A stretch of DNA of 64,000 nt from a virus. Taxonomy: Duplodnaviria > Heunggongvirae > Uroviricota > Caudoviricetes. The notes beneath the pieces were generated by a model. The model did not search any database. It saw nothing but the letters and a program-made list of their open reading frames with translations, and was not told the DNA's origin. The stretch is taken from positions 1-64,000 of the IMG/VR virus record IMGVR_UViG_3300041411_000102, one strand, 5' to 3'. Position numbers and translations under genes: made by a program. Shown here piece after piece: positions 29,622-37,972 of this stretch; position 1 is the first letter of the stretch, and each line of letters begins with the position of its first letter.

Positions 29622-30016
29622 GCTGCCTCCTCATACCAACCCATAGCCTGCTCAAACAATCGCTCCGCATCATAAAAAATGCTTCCCGCTTCGTCAACAC
29701 TATCAATACTTGAATAATAGCTGTCACCATCATGATTGTAATCCCAACCAAGCTGGTAGCTACACACTTCACCTGTCTTGAAAGCAATATGAGCATTGAA
29801 ATAGCTAACATACGAGTGGCAATCAAAGTGGGGTTGATCCCACATTGAGCCGTCTCGGTTGAATCGTGCAAATGCTGGATGTTTAGGATAGACGTACAAA
29901 TAGACACACCATTTGTTCTCACCACCATATCCAATGTGCTTAGAGACTGACACTAGGAAGTTATGCCCTTCTTTCTTCCATTCAAGCTTTGGTTTCCAGC
30001 CTTCTAGATTAGCCAT
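29618..30016 (-). CDS. Hypothetical protein
   Basis: Tracked ORF. Confidence 0.5.
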   Translation of the reverse strand: MANLEGWKPKLEWKKEGHNFLVSVSKHIGYGGENKWCVYLYVYPKHPAFARFNRDGSMWDQPHFDCHSYVSYFNAHIAFKTGEVCSYQLGWDYNHDGDSYYSSIDSVDEAGSIFYDAERLFEQAMGWYEEAA

Positions 30017-30276
30017 TATTTATTCTCCTGAAGGAATTTAAGAATTTCTGTGTGCAGCTCTTGGACCGTCATCTTCGATGCAAATGGGTTGACTACATTT
30101 AAGAGTAGTTGCATAGCTTCCTCAAGTTTTGTTTCAGCCTTCAAAGACAATTCAGCAGCCGCATGGCGTGCATCACGATGTCCAGATTTATAAGCATATA
30201 CCTTGTTAGGGAAGTCTGCATAGTCAAAGTCACTTGGTACAGGAATATTCATAATCTTATTGTGCAGATTCATCAT
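30016..30276 (-). CDS. Hypothetical protein
   Basis: Tracked ORF. Confidence 0.45.
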   Translation of the reverse strand: MMNLHNKIMNIPVPSDFDYADFPNKVYAYKSGHRDARHAAAELSLKAETKLEEAMQLLLNVVNPFASKMTVQELHTEILKFLQENK

Positions 30277-30503
30277 TCAACCTCCGGCAACATTTCCAAG
30301 CACCACTGAAGAATTTCCCGCTTACTGTGCCGATAGAGAACACCGTCTGTGTAAGGGTCCATACCAAAAGGACATTGCATAGGATCTTCATAGTCCTTGA
30401 AAGCTTTCTCAAGCAATGCCTTGTACTCTTTCAAACCATATTGTTCTTTCATCCCATCTCTCCCACAGCCACTATTCTTCAAATAGCCTTCGCTGCATAG
30501 CAT
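30273..30503 (-). CDS. Hypothetical protein
   Basis: Tracked ORF. Confidence 0.45.
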   Translation of the reverse strand: MLCSEGYLKNSGCGRDGMKEQYGLKEYKALLEKAFKDYEDPMQCPFGMDPYTDGVLYRHSKREILQWCLEMLPEVE

Positions 30504-30560
30504 TACATTAATAATTATTCAAATTTATTTGCTTAGATAGCTTAAGAATAAGCGAGCCAG

Positions 30561-30806
30561 TCACAGCATCAGGAAATTGTTTTCACCAAGATCAAGAGTA
30601 ACAGCGCTCTCTGTTTCAATCCAGACCTTGGCACCACAGCTCAGAGGTTTATCAGGACTATACACAACCTTACTGGGTCCGTCAATAAAGACCTCGTGTG
30701 CATAGTCATTTGACTTGTATGTCTTGACTGTCAGTGTTGGGTTGTTCTCCCCATTCTTAGCGTTAGCCTTGATGACATGTTGATTAACGTGGATAATTGT
30801 TTTCAT
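30561..30806 (-). CDS. Hypothetical protein
   Basis: Tracked ORF. Confidence 0.45.
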   Translation of the reverse strand: MKTIIHVNQHVIKANAKNGENNPTLTVKTYKSNDYAHEVFIDGPSKVVYSPDKPLSCGAKVWIETESAVTLDLGENNFLML

Positions 30807-30946
30807 TGCTGCCCAGCCTCCAAACTAATTAGGTATGCACAAGCATCACCGTATTCTATGAACTGCATCAGTAGGGTACCATTTTCGTAGACGCCGTATC
30901 TCCACGGCCTGTACCACTTATCAAGATCTCTGATTTCGTATTTCAT
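30803..30946 (-). CDS. Small protein of the W-x-V/I-R-D/E-L family, paralogue A
   Basis: ATG at 30946 (MKYEIRDLDKWYRPWRY) in an ATGA overlap. Similar to the ORFs at 31186 and 31401. Confidence 0.45.
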   Translation of the reverse strand: MKYEIRDLDKWYRPWRYGVYENGTLLMQFIEYGDACAYLISLEAGQQ

Positions 30947-31065
30947 CCTAACACCCTGTCTACTAAATAGGCCAGTATGAAGACGCTGATGGTGGACAGA
31001 AGAAGCCCTAGACAAAGCTTAACACGCCTGTTCTTTTTAAGATTCTTGAATTTCCAATGATTCAT
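30943..31065 (-). CDS. 40 aa single-TM peptide
   Basis: MNHWKFKNLKKNRRVKLCLGLLLSTISVFILAYLV. Coupled by ATGA overlap. Confidence 0.35.
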   Translation of the reverse strand: MNHWKFKNLKKNRRVKLCLGLLLSTISVFILAYLVDRVLG

Positions 31066-31185
31066 TTTGCAAGACCCTCCATCTTTTTGGTGTACTCTGC
31101 ATTGTGTTCGATCAGCACAGGACGTATGTACGCATAAGCCACCAAATAAAATATTACAAAACTCAGTAGGGCTACGCATAGCATT

Positions 31186-31404
31186 CTAATCCACATGTCC
31201 ACACTCCTTATTAGGACAGAAAATTGTGCAGACACCCTTAACCATCAGATGTGTGCAGCATTTATCACAATACAATCCGGTCTTCTGTACTCTGTCGTTC
31301 ATGAACCTGTAGGCAGCTTCAATGTCTTCAAATTCTGCAACAATCTGGTCTTCCTTATATACAGAGTATTTCCAACCCCAGTCCCTTACTCTCCAAGTCT
31401 TCAT
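31186..31404 (-). CDS. Small protein family paralogue B, with a C-terminal Cys-rich extension
   Basis: 'MKTWRVRDWGWKYSVYK...' followed by 'CDKCCTHLMVKGVCTIFCPNKECGH'. Confidence 0.5.
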   Translation of the reverse strand: MKTWRVRDWGWKYSVYKEDQIVAEFEDIEAAYRFMNDRVQKTGLYCDKCCTHLMVKGVCTIFCPNKECGHVD

Positions 31405-31613
31405 TTGAAAACCTCCAATTTACCGGTAGAACCGAAATTCTCGCAGATGGTTCTCACCAAAGCATCCTCTTCCTCATCCATTTTTGCAGCGTTCATGAAT
31501 TTATAAGCTTCAACATCACCTTCAAACCTAGCTACAATCATCCTGTCTTTGTGCACAGCAAAGCGGTAAGGTCTGTGCCATTCGTGTAGCTCTCTGACTT
31601 CCCAACTGGTCAT
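31401..31613 (-). CDS. Small protein family paralogue C
   Basis: 'MTSWEVRELHEWHRPYRFAVHKD...'. Confidence 0.5.
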   Translation of the reverse strand: MTSWEVRELHEWHRPYRFAVHKDRMIVARFEGDVEAYKFMNAAKMDEEEDALVRTICENFGSTGKLEVFK

Positions 31614-31822
31614 TTGCTCAACTCCTTGATTTGCTTTTCCAGTTCATAATTCAGAATATTAAGCTGATTACGGAGGGTTGTCAAGTGATCTTGGAGAACC
31701 ATGCACTCGTCACGGTCTGAGGCACTGTTAGCACAAGCTGCCTTTTCGAACTCTTTATAGCAGTAGCCTGTAGCCATCAACTCAAGGTTTACGTCTGCAA
31801 TGCTCATTTTGTTATGCTCCAA
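31610..31822 (-). CDS. Hypothetical small protein
   Basis: Tracked ORF. Confidence 0.45.
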   Translation of the reverse strand: MEHNKMSIADVNLELMATGYCYKEFEKAACANSASDRDECMVLQDHLTTLRNQLNILNYELEKQIKELSK

Positions 31823-31826
31823 TAAT

Positions 31827-32012
31827 TTATTTAACTGTGTAGTAGGAAATCTTCTTCTGGATGACAGTGTACTCGCCGTGGTGCTGTATTGGCAAGTCCT
31901 TCAGGAAAGCTTTCATCCTTTTGTGTAAGACGTATTCTTTACCGTCCTCCATCTTGATTTTCCGATCAAGGAATTTATTATTTTCATCCAGAATGTATAT
32001 TTTAGTGATCAT
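31827..32012 (-). CDS. Hypothetical small protein
   Basis: ATG at 32012 (MITKIY). The longer tracked form starts on a TTG. Confidence 0.4.
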   Translation of the reverse strand: MITKIYILDENNKFLDRKIKMEDGKEYVLHKRMKAFLKDLPIQHHGEYTVIQKKISYYTVK

Positions 32013-32068
32013 TTTCCGTTTGCTCCCTAAGATCTTCCACTGTCTTGTCCAAGCTGTAGTTGTGGTGC

Positions 32069-32215
32069 TCAAGGGTGCCAGTAATCAAAATCTTTCTGCT
32101 CTTGTACCTTCTCATAGACCTTGTCAGCTTTTTCACAGTCTTCGCAATACTCTTTATAGTAGACTCCGTGCTGACATTCATCTGGATTGTAACAATCATC
32201 CTCGTAATCGTCCAT
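32069..32215 (-). CDS. 48 aa Cys-rich protein, the first gene of the minus early block; missed by the ORF cutoff
   Basis: Verified codon by codon as MDDYEDDCYNPDECQHGVYYKEYCEDCEKADK.... Strong AGGAGA RBS. Confidence 0.45.
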   Translation of the reverse strand: MDDYEDDCYNPDECQHGVYYKEYCEDCEKADKVYEKVQEQKDFDYWHP

Positions 32216-32411
32216 ACATTTCTCCTAACATTATTGGTTCACTTCAGATACACCAATCTTACCCCTCACCAGCCCTCTGTCAAGGGTAATTTTACAAATT
32301 ACGCAATGATTTAAAAATATTCTCTAGGCTATCAATTCAGGGAAAACCTCCTTGGGCATATTCCTTTGGTACGTTCATTTAGCATATGTCAGAGGATTTT
32401 TCGAAATTGTG

Positions 32412-32440
32412 TTGACAGCATAAGCTGATGACGTTATCCT
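32412..32440 (+). promoter_or_regulatory. Sigma-70-like early promoter for the plus early block
   Basis: TTGACA-N17-TATCCT lies about 30 nt upstream of the AGGAG RBS of the first + gene. Confidence 0.45.
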
Positions 32441-32468
32441 AGGCACATCAACCAATGAGGAGAGTATC

Positions 32469-32630
32469 ATGAAACTGGAAACCAAAGACCGTAACCTTAC
32501 CGCAGAAGAGTGGCAGGCTGTACGTGATGAAGCTGAATTTATTGCTACGTATAAAGGCTATTCGTTTAGTGATGCTATGAAAGCAGCAGAAGAACGTGTC
32601 CGTAAAGCTGTTGGGAAAGAAATCAAATGA
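32469..32630 (+). CDS. First early gene (53 aa), missed by the ORF cutoff
   Basis: AGGAG RBS. Verified by translation. ATGA overlap with the next gene. Confidence 0.5.
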   Translation: MKLETKDRNLTAEEWQAVRDEAEFIATYKGYSFSDAMKAAEERVRKAVGKEIK

Positions 32631-32839
32631 AAAAGAAATTCAAAATAATCGACACATCAACAGGACAGAAGCTTAAGCTACGTGAGAAGGAGATGCTTGT
32701 CATGAATGATCAAGGGGTGTTCTTCATGGTAGGGAACTTTATGGATTATGATACGTATGTCAGGAAGCTGTCTGATGTGTGTAAGCCCTCGCTAGAGGGC
32801 AAGCCTAGGTTTGATGTGGTATGGAAGGGAGAAGATTGA
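32627..32839 (+). CDS. Hypothetical early protein
   Basis: Tracked ORF with ATGA coupling. Confidence 0.5.
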   Translation: MKKKFKIIDTSTGQKLKLREKEMLVMNDQGVFFMVGNFMDYDTYVRKLSDVCKPSLEGKPRFDVVWKGED

Positions 32840-33087
32840 TGTCGGATTTTAATGTTGGTGAGACAGTACGAATGAATCAGAATTTCAGCCTGTCTGATTT
32901 TGAATTCTTTGATGTATTTATCTTTGCACGAAACAAGCGTGTACCAAGTTGGGAGGAACGAAAGGTGTTCTACACTAATCGATCAACCTTCACAGTCTTG
33001 GACACAGAATGGCCTAAGATGTTGATTCGTGATAACATGACACTTGTTGAGTACTCTGTGCGTATGGATGGGTGGGTGACAGTATGA
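32839..33087 (+). CDS. Hypothetical early protein
   Basis: ATG at 32839 (MSDFNV) after a GGGAGAAG RBS, with a TGATG overlap. Confidence 0.5.
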   Translation: MSDFNVGETVRMNQNFSLSDFEFFDVFIFARNKRVPSWEERKVFYTNRSTFTVLDTEWPKMLIRDNMTLVEYSVRMDGWVTV

Positions 33088-33299
33088 AAGAAAAGACACA
33101 TATTCTCTAAACATCCCAAACAAAAGATAAATTTACTTGCACCTGAAGTCTGAGATATGAGACAATTCACTTATGAATTTGAGTGACAGTGCTTGACTTT
33201 TGAAATTCAAATTCCATCAAAAATGGCTACAGCCCTTATGGGACGTGGCCTTGAGGGCATTTATTTGTCAATGTGTTTCTTTATATAGAGAGATGATGT

Positions 33300-34625
33300 A
33301 TGGATGTAGAGGAAGAATGGAATACCTACAAGATAGACGAGGATAAATATGAGGTAACAGCTAACAATAAGATGGTATATAATGTAATCAATACTAGGTT
33401 GCTTGTATACGATATTGCTATCAAGAGAGATGTATCTGAGAAGGTTAAGAGATTAGAGTATAAGGAATATAACACCTTAGCTTGTATCATCTATAACCTT
33501 ATTTCTTGTATTCGTAAGAATAGAAAGCTTGTGTATTCCCGCAATACAGCAGAGAAATGCAAGAACAAGAAGAAGATTACGGTGTACAAAGTAAAGAAAG
33601 TGGTTGACTGGCTTGAGCAACAAGAGTATATTGTCAACTTTATTGCACCACCATCTAAAGAAAAGGATGAACGTAAAGTGAGTTATATCGTCCCCACACT
33701 GAAATTCGTAGAAGAATTCTGTGATTCAACAGAAGTCCAGCGTATGGCTGAGCTTGCATACCAAGAAGCCTACGCTTACATTGAACTTCGTAATGAGGAT
33801 AAAGAACCTGTTCCTTTCCGTAATACAAAGCAAACACAACGACTTGAAGCTGTAGTTAAGAAGATCAATCTACTGAATGACATCTGCACAGTACGCGATA
33901 AGTTTGGAAATGTATTGAACAACTTCTATTGTCGGGTATTCAATAATGATTTTGGGCATGGTGGTCGTTTCTATCGTGCAGATGTCCTACGATTGCCACA
34001 CAGTGAAGGTCGTCTAGGTCGATATGATATCACTATCAACGGAAACCCTGTAGTTGAGGTGGACTATGGTAATTTGCACTTTCGTATAGCCGCAGTTCGT
34101 GAACATATCAATCTGGACAATGTTGCATCTGATGTGTACATGGGTATCCTTGAACAGCATGAAAAGACAGACTCTAATCGTGCAATTGTCAAGCTCGCTG
34201 TAAACATCATGTTGAATTCACTTGATAGTGATAATGCTATTGCTGCAATCCAGAAAGAAATTAATTTCAAATTCAATGGAAAACAAGACCTCCCACTTAA
34301 GACAGGTACAGAAGTTTTCAACCGAGTGAAGAAAGCCTATCCTGAATTTGAGAATGTTTTCTGTAATGGTGATGGCTATGGCAGCGTGCTACAGAATTAT
34401 GACAGCGAGCTAGCTGCCTGTGTTCTGGATGTAATGTCTAGTAAAAATATTCCTTGCCTTCCTGTCCACGACTCATTCATAGTAGAGCAGCAGTATCAGC
34501 GAGTCTTGGAAACTGCAATGGGTGAAAGTTTCCGTAAACTATTTCAGGTTGACGTACCTGTTCCTGTTGGTGTAGGTTATAGGGATGAGTTTGGTGTAGT
34601 TCAAGAATATAAAATTATTGTTTAA
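33300..34625 (+). CDS. Minimal family-A (Pol I-like) polymerase-domain protein, 441 aa, with no exonuclease domain
   Basis: Three motifs in Pol-A order and spacing. 'VDYGNLHFRIAA' resembles DYSQIELRI (motif A). 'SNRAIVKLAVNIMLNS' resembles RRxAKxxNFGxxYG (motif B). 'LPVHDSFIV' resembles VHDE (motif C). Confidence 0.4.
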   Translation: MDVEEEWNTYKIDEDKYEVTANNKMVYNVINTRLLVYDIAIKRDVSEKVKRLEYKEYNTLACIIYNLISCIRKNRKLVYSRNTAEKCKNKKKITVYKVKKVVDWLEQQEYIVNFIAPPSKEKDERKVSYIVPTLKFVEEFCDSTEVQRMAELAYQEAYAYIELRNEDKEPVPFRNTKQTQRLEAVVKKINLLNDICTVRDKFGNVLNNFYCRVFNNDFGHGGRFYRADVLRLPHSEGRLGRYDITINGNPVVEVDYGNLHFRIAAVREHINLDNVASDVYMGILEQHEKTDSNRAIVKLAVNIMLNSLDSDNAIAAIQKEINFKFNGKQDLPLKTGTEVFNRVKKAYPEFENVFCNGDGYGSVLQNYDSELAACVLDVMSSKNIPCLPVHDSFIVEQQYQRVLETAMGESFRKLFQVDVPVPVGVGYRDEFGVVQEYKIIV

Positions 34626-34631
34626 GGAGAG

Positions 34632-34856
34632 TTGAAAATGAGTGGTAAATTTGTAAGTTTGGTACTGGTTGATCGTGAAGCACAGAACATTGATGATGAG
34701 TGGGGTCGAGGTTTTAAAGGTATCACTCATTTGGAGTTTGAAACTGTTCAAGATGCTCGCCAGTTCTTTCTTGAGCAAGATACTGTGTACAGTCATCGGA
34801 CTCCAGCAGGGAAGGGCACACGATTTGTGTTGATTCCTTACATGGGGAAGAAATAA
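34632..34856 (+). CDS. Hypothetical protein
   Basis: AAGGAG RBS. Tracked ORF. Confidence 0.5.
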   Translation: MKMSGKFVSLVLVDREAQNIDDEWGRGFKGITHLEFETVQDARQFFLEQDTVYSHRTPAGKGTRFVLIPYMGKK

Positions 34857-35155
34857 TGAAACGATTCACAAAATCCATGCTGAAGAGTGGTGACAGAGTA
34901 GAGCTTCGTAATGGTGTAATGTATGTTGTCTTGACAGACACTCGTTCAGAGATTCTCCTCTACTCAACAAGTTGCTACAATAGCTGTGAACTTACAGAAG
35001 ATCTTCTCAGCAAGAGCTATCCAGATTCTGATGTTATGAAAGTGTACACTGTAAAGAATTTATCTGGTATGCTCGACTTGGAAAGTGAGATTGAACTGAT
35101 TTGGGAACGTCCAACCTATTCAGAAATGTTTGATTATATTGAGGGATTTAAATGA
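34856..35155 (+). CDS. Hypothetical protein
   Basis: ATGA coupling. Confidence 0.5.
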   Translation: MKRFTKSMLKSGDRVELRNGVMYVVLTDTRSEILLYSTSCYNSCELTEDLLSKSYPDSDVMKVYTVKNLSGMLDLESEIELIWERPTYSEMFDYIEGFK

Positions 35156-35535
35156 CATTCGATATCAATAAACCACCAGTCGTAAACCGTGCTTACAAAA
35201 TCCTCTATTTCACAGACGAAGTAGAATGGCCTTGTGGTGACTACGAAGAACTTACTGCATACCTAAAAGACTTGAAAGATAAATACTGTAAATTCAAGTC
35301 TTGGAGTCTCAACTACGAGTGGACAGGATATGAAGACTGTCACTATGAGGTGGAATACACTCGCTATGAAACTGATGAAGAGCTAGATTCTCGTATTCAG
35401 AATGAGGAAGAAGACCTCCTAGAGTGGCAACAGAAGTATGCAGAAGTAGTTACAAAGAGTATGGAAAAGGAAGATAAAGAAAAGACAGAGCGTCGTCTTC
35501 AGTATGAAGCATTGAGGAAGGAGTTTGAGAAATAA
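35152..35535 (+). CDS. Hypothetical acidic protein
   Basis: ATGA coupling. Rich in Glu and Asp. Confidence 0.5.
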   Translation: MTFDINKPPVVNRAYKILYFTDEVEWPCGDYEELTAYLKDLKDKYCKFKSWSLNYEWTGYEDCHYEVEYTRYETDEELDSRIQNEEEDLLEWQQKYAEVVTKSMEKEDKEKTERRLQYEALRKEFEK

Positions 35536-35540
35536 CCTCA

Positions 35541-35567
35541 CAGGCCGCTTGACGGCCTTTTCTTTTG
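35541..35567 (+). terminator. Rho-independent terminator
   Basis: AGGCCG-cttga-CGGCCT followed by TTTTCTTTTG. Confidence 0.7.
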
Positions 35568-35609
35568 CCTGTATGATTCTCACATCAGCCACTCACATAG
35601 AAGACTTTC

Positions 35610-36104
35610 ATGAATATCTTTGTCACCAACATTTGCCCAATCAAATCAGCACAAGACCACTGTGATGTCCATCTGAGGAAGCTCTGCGTTGAGGTAGCAC
35701 AATTATTGTCAACAGCACACTTTGTTCTAGACGGCTCACAAGTTGGTTACAAACCTAGTCATCAAAACCACCCGTCAAATATCTGGACCCGCTCAACCTC
35801 AGCTAACTACCAATGGCTTTATGCTCACTTCAAAGCCCTCTGCTCAGAATACACATTCCGCACAGGAAAGATTCATAAGACATCTGAGCTACTAAGTGTG
35901 CTAGATAAGCTGCCATGCAATATCAAGAAAGCTGAGCTTGACCCATTCGCTATGTGTATGGATGATGAGTATAAGCGCTTGGGGATTTTTGATCAGACGA
36001 TTGCTTACAAAGCCTATCTTCGTGAGAAATTCCGTGAGTGGGGTTGCAGGGAGAGACCGATTAAGGTACAGTGGACAAATAGAAATCAACCGGAGTGGGT
36101 ATAA
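35610..36104 (+). CDS. Possible DenV-like pyrimidine-dimer DNA glycosylase
   Basis: The N-terminal pattern resembles T4 endonuclease V: 'MNIFVTNICPIKSAQDHCDVHLRKL' against '[24 protein letters not shown]'. Weak. Confidence 0.3.
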   Translation: MNIFVTNICPIKSAQDHCDVHLRKLCVEVAQLLSTAHFVLDGSQVGYKPSHQNHPSNIWTRSTSANYQWLYAHFKALCSEYTFRTGKIHKTSELLSVLDKLPCNIKKAELDPFAMCMDDEYKRLGIFDQTIAYKAYLREKFREWGCRERPIKVQWTNRNQPEWV

Positions 36105-36310
36105 AAATGAACTGGAAAAACATTGAAACAGATGGTATTCCTGACTGGACTGGTGAATACCTTGTACGCCACATTAAGGATAGCTGGCCTCTATACCTTG
36201 TAGCTCGTATTGAGAATGAACATTTCTTCGATGAGATGGATGAGATGGCAAAGCTAGATGTTACTCATTGGGCAGTGATAGAGTCGCCACTAGGGGTATT
36301 TTTGAAATGA
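36095..36310 (+). CDS. Hypothetical protein
   Basis: Tracked ORF. Confidence 0.45.
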   Translation: MGIKMNWKNIETDGIPDWTGEYLVRHIKDSWPLYLVARIENEHFFDEMDEMAKLDVTHWAVIESPLGVFLK

Positions 36311-36780
36311 TTGAAATTAAAGACGGTGATGTATTCCGCTGGTACTACAAAGACGATGATGCTTATCGTGCAAGGAGCCCCAATGGTACAGCTTATTGGT
36401 GCATGGATAACCAGTGCTTTGCTACAGTTCGTGATGGTGTAACTTATCTGATCGATACTTACTGGGCACATTATGGTTGTGAGTATATTGGAAATGAAGT
36501 TAAGATCGTAGATGTTGAACGTGTTGATCTAGAATTTGTCTGCAACTTGAAAGAGATTGAATGGATCAGTGAATACTACATTCAAGATTATGATAAGGTT
36601 TACAATCTTAGTCGCCAAAGTCGTTGCTACAAACATTATGCAATTGATAAGGGTGCTCAGCCTAGCAAAGCAGCTATTCTTAAGAAGATTACTGCTGAAC
36701 GTGACCAGTTAGTGCGGGATGTGGATCACAGCCAATGGCGTATTAAGATGTTGAATGAAGAGATTGAGGAGTTGAAATGA
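36307..36780 (+). CDS. Hypothetical protein
   Basis: ATGA-coupled ATG at 36307. Confidence 0.5.
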   Translation: MIEIKDGDVFRWYYKDDDAYRARSPNGTAYWCMDNQCFATVRDGVTYLIDTYWAHYGCEYIGNEVKIVDVERVDLEFVCNLKEIEWISEYYIQDYDKVYNLSRQSRCYKHYAIDKGAQPSKAAILKKITAERDQLVRDVDHSQWRIKMLNEEIEELK

Positions 36781-36962
36781 GAGTTGATTACTTACTAGGT
36801 TTTCTACAATATCTTAGTCGAGAGCATGATATCGACATTGTCAAGGAAGAGTTTTCAGATTGGGGTGATGGGAGTTCTAACCTTCACAGTCTGAGTGATG
36901 AGGATGTACTAAAGTTAGCTAAAGAGTACAGGCATCATGTGATTAACACAGGAGAAATTTAA
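36777..36962 (+). CDS. Hypothetical protein
   Basis: ATGA coupling. Confidence 0.45.
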   Translation: MRVDYLLGFLQYLSREHDIDIVKEEFSDWGDGSSNLHSLSDEDVLKLAKEYRHHVINTGEI

Positions 36963-37235
36963 ATGATTTTCGATAGTTGGACATACAATCAATTCTACAT
37001 GGAACGTACATCTTGGAGTGCTGAGCAAAAGGCTCCTATACATTTCAGTGTGGAAGAGATACAATGGGCTATTGAACAGACTGAATATAAATACTTCGGT
37101 CAATATGAGTTCAGTGATCAGCAAGAGATGGCTATGGAGATTCTGTTGTGGGTTGTTAAACAATCTATGAAAGAGAAGCCTGATGTGACAGGGTATGAGA
37201 AGTATGAAGGCAGAGACATTGGAGATTTGAAATGA
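36963..37235 (+). CDS. Hypothetical protein
   Basis: Tracked ORF. Confidence 0.5.
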   Translation: MIFDSWTYNQFYMERTSWSAEQKAPIHFSVEEIQWAIEQTEYKYFGQYEFSDQQEMAMEILLWVVKQSMKEKPDVTGYEKYEGRDIGDLK

Positions 37236-37417
37236 AAATCTACGTACTGGAAGAAATGTTTTGGGATGATTGTGACGGACACAATATCAAACTACTTGAC
37301 GCCTACTATGATCTTGATCAAGCTAATATTGAACGTGACTTAATGGCAGAACAATATGGATTTGAATATGATAGCCATAAACGCAGCTATAGAGTTGTTG
37401 GAGTTAATCTGAAATGA
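37232..37417 (+). CDS. Hypothetical protein
   Basis: ATGA coupling. Confidence 0.45.
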   Translation: MKIYVLEEMFWDDCDGHNIKLLDAYYDLDQANIERDLMAEQYGFEYDSHKRSYRVVGVNLK

Positions 37418-37686
37418 ACAGAAAAGCCTTTGAACAATTCTTCCAGAAACCAGAAGGCTTCTTCTGGGATAACGAATTGCAAATGTATTATGAACACAAG
37501 GATTATCGTTTCAAATATCCTCTTGAAGCTATTGGTAATTTCAATCAGAAGTGGATGGGTTGGTTAGCTGCACAACAAGTGGCTCAGAACGGCTCGGAAT
37601 ATACATACACAGGAACAGGTAGCGATTACCTCGATTGTGTTTTAGGTGTCGGTGGTTTTGAACAGTATGGTCCTATTGACAAATGA
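37414..37686 (+). CDS. Hypothetical protein whose C-terminal 20 aa are duplicated downstream
   Basis: Ends '...DYLDCVLGVGGFEQYGPIDK'. Confidence 0.5.
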   Translation: MNRKAFEQFFQKPEGFFWDNELQMYYEHKDYRFKYPLEAIGNFNQKWMGWLAAQQVAQNGSEYTYTGTGSDYLDCVLGVGGFEQYGPIDK

Positions 37687-37883
37687 ATCCATTATTCACC
37701 AAAGAAACCCTATCCAATTCCATCTTCAAATGGGAAGACTTGGCGGGAAAAGAGCTACTGATTAAGGTCGGAAGTGTTCCTGATGAGCTAGGTAAGGGTG
37801 AACACATCTGCGTGATTGGTGTGGAGAAAACTACCGGTAAATGTTATGTTTTGGTTAATGAATTGCGGAGGTATAGGGAATGA
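37683..37883 (+). CDS. Hypothetical protein
   Basis: ATGA coupling. Confidence 0.45.
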   Translation: MNPLFTKETLSNSIFKWEDLAGKELLIKVGSVPDELGKGEHICVIGVEKTTGKCYVLVNELRRYRE

Positions 37884-37972
37884 AAGAGTTTAAGAAAGCA
37901 GATTACTTGGACTGTGTTTTAGGTGTTGGTGGGTTTGAATCGTTTGGTCCAATTACAGGAGATGGGAAATGA
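37880..37972 (+). CDS. 30 aa mini-ORF duplicating the tail of the 37414 gene
   Basis: MKEFKKADYLDCVLGVGGFESFGPITGDGK, ATGA-coupled at both ends. Confidence 0.3.
   Translation: MKEFKKADYLDCVLGVGGFESFGPITGDGK

Noticed and set aside
32002-32199. Tracked 65 aa minus ORF at the edge of the divergent region
   Set aside because: It has no usable RBS, because GAGG sits only 1 nt from the ATG. A 48 aa ORF in another frame at 32069..32215 has a strong AGGAGA RBS and is the better call.
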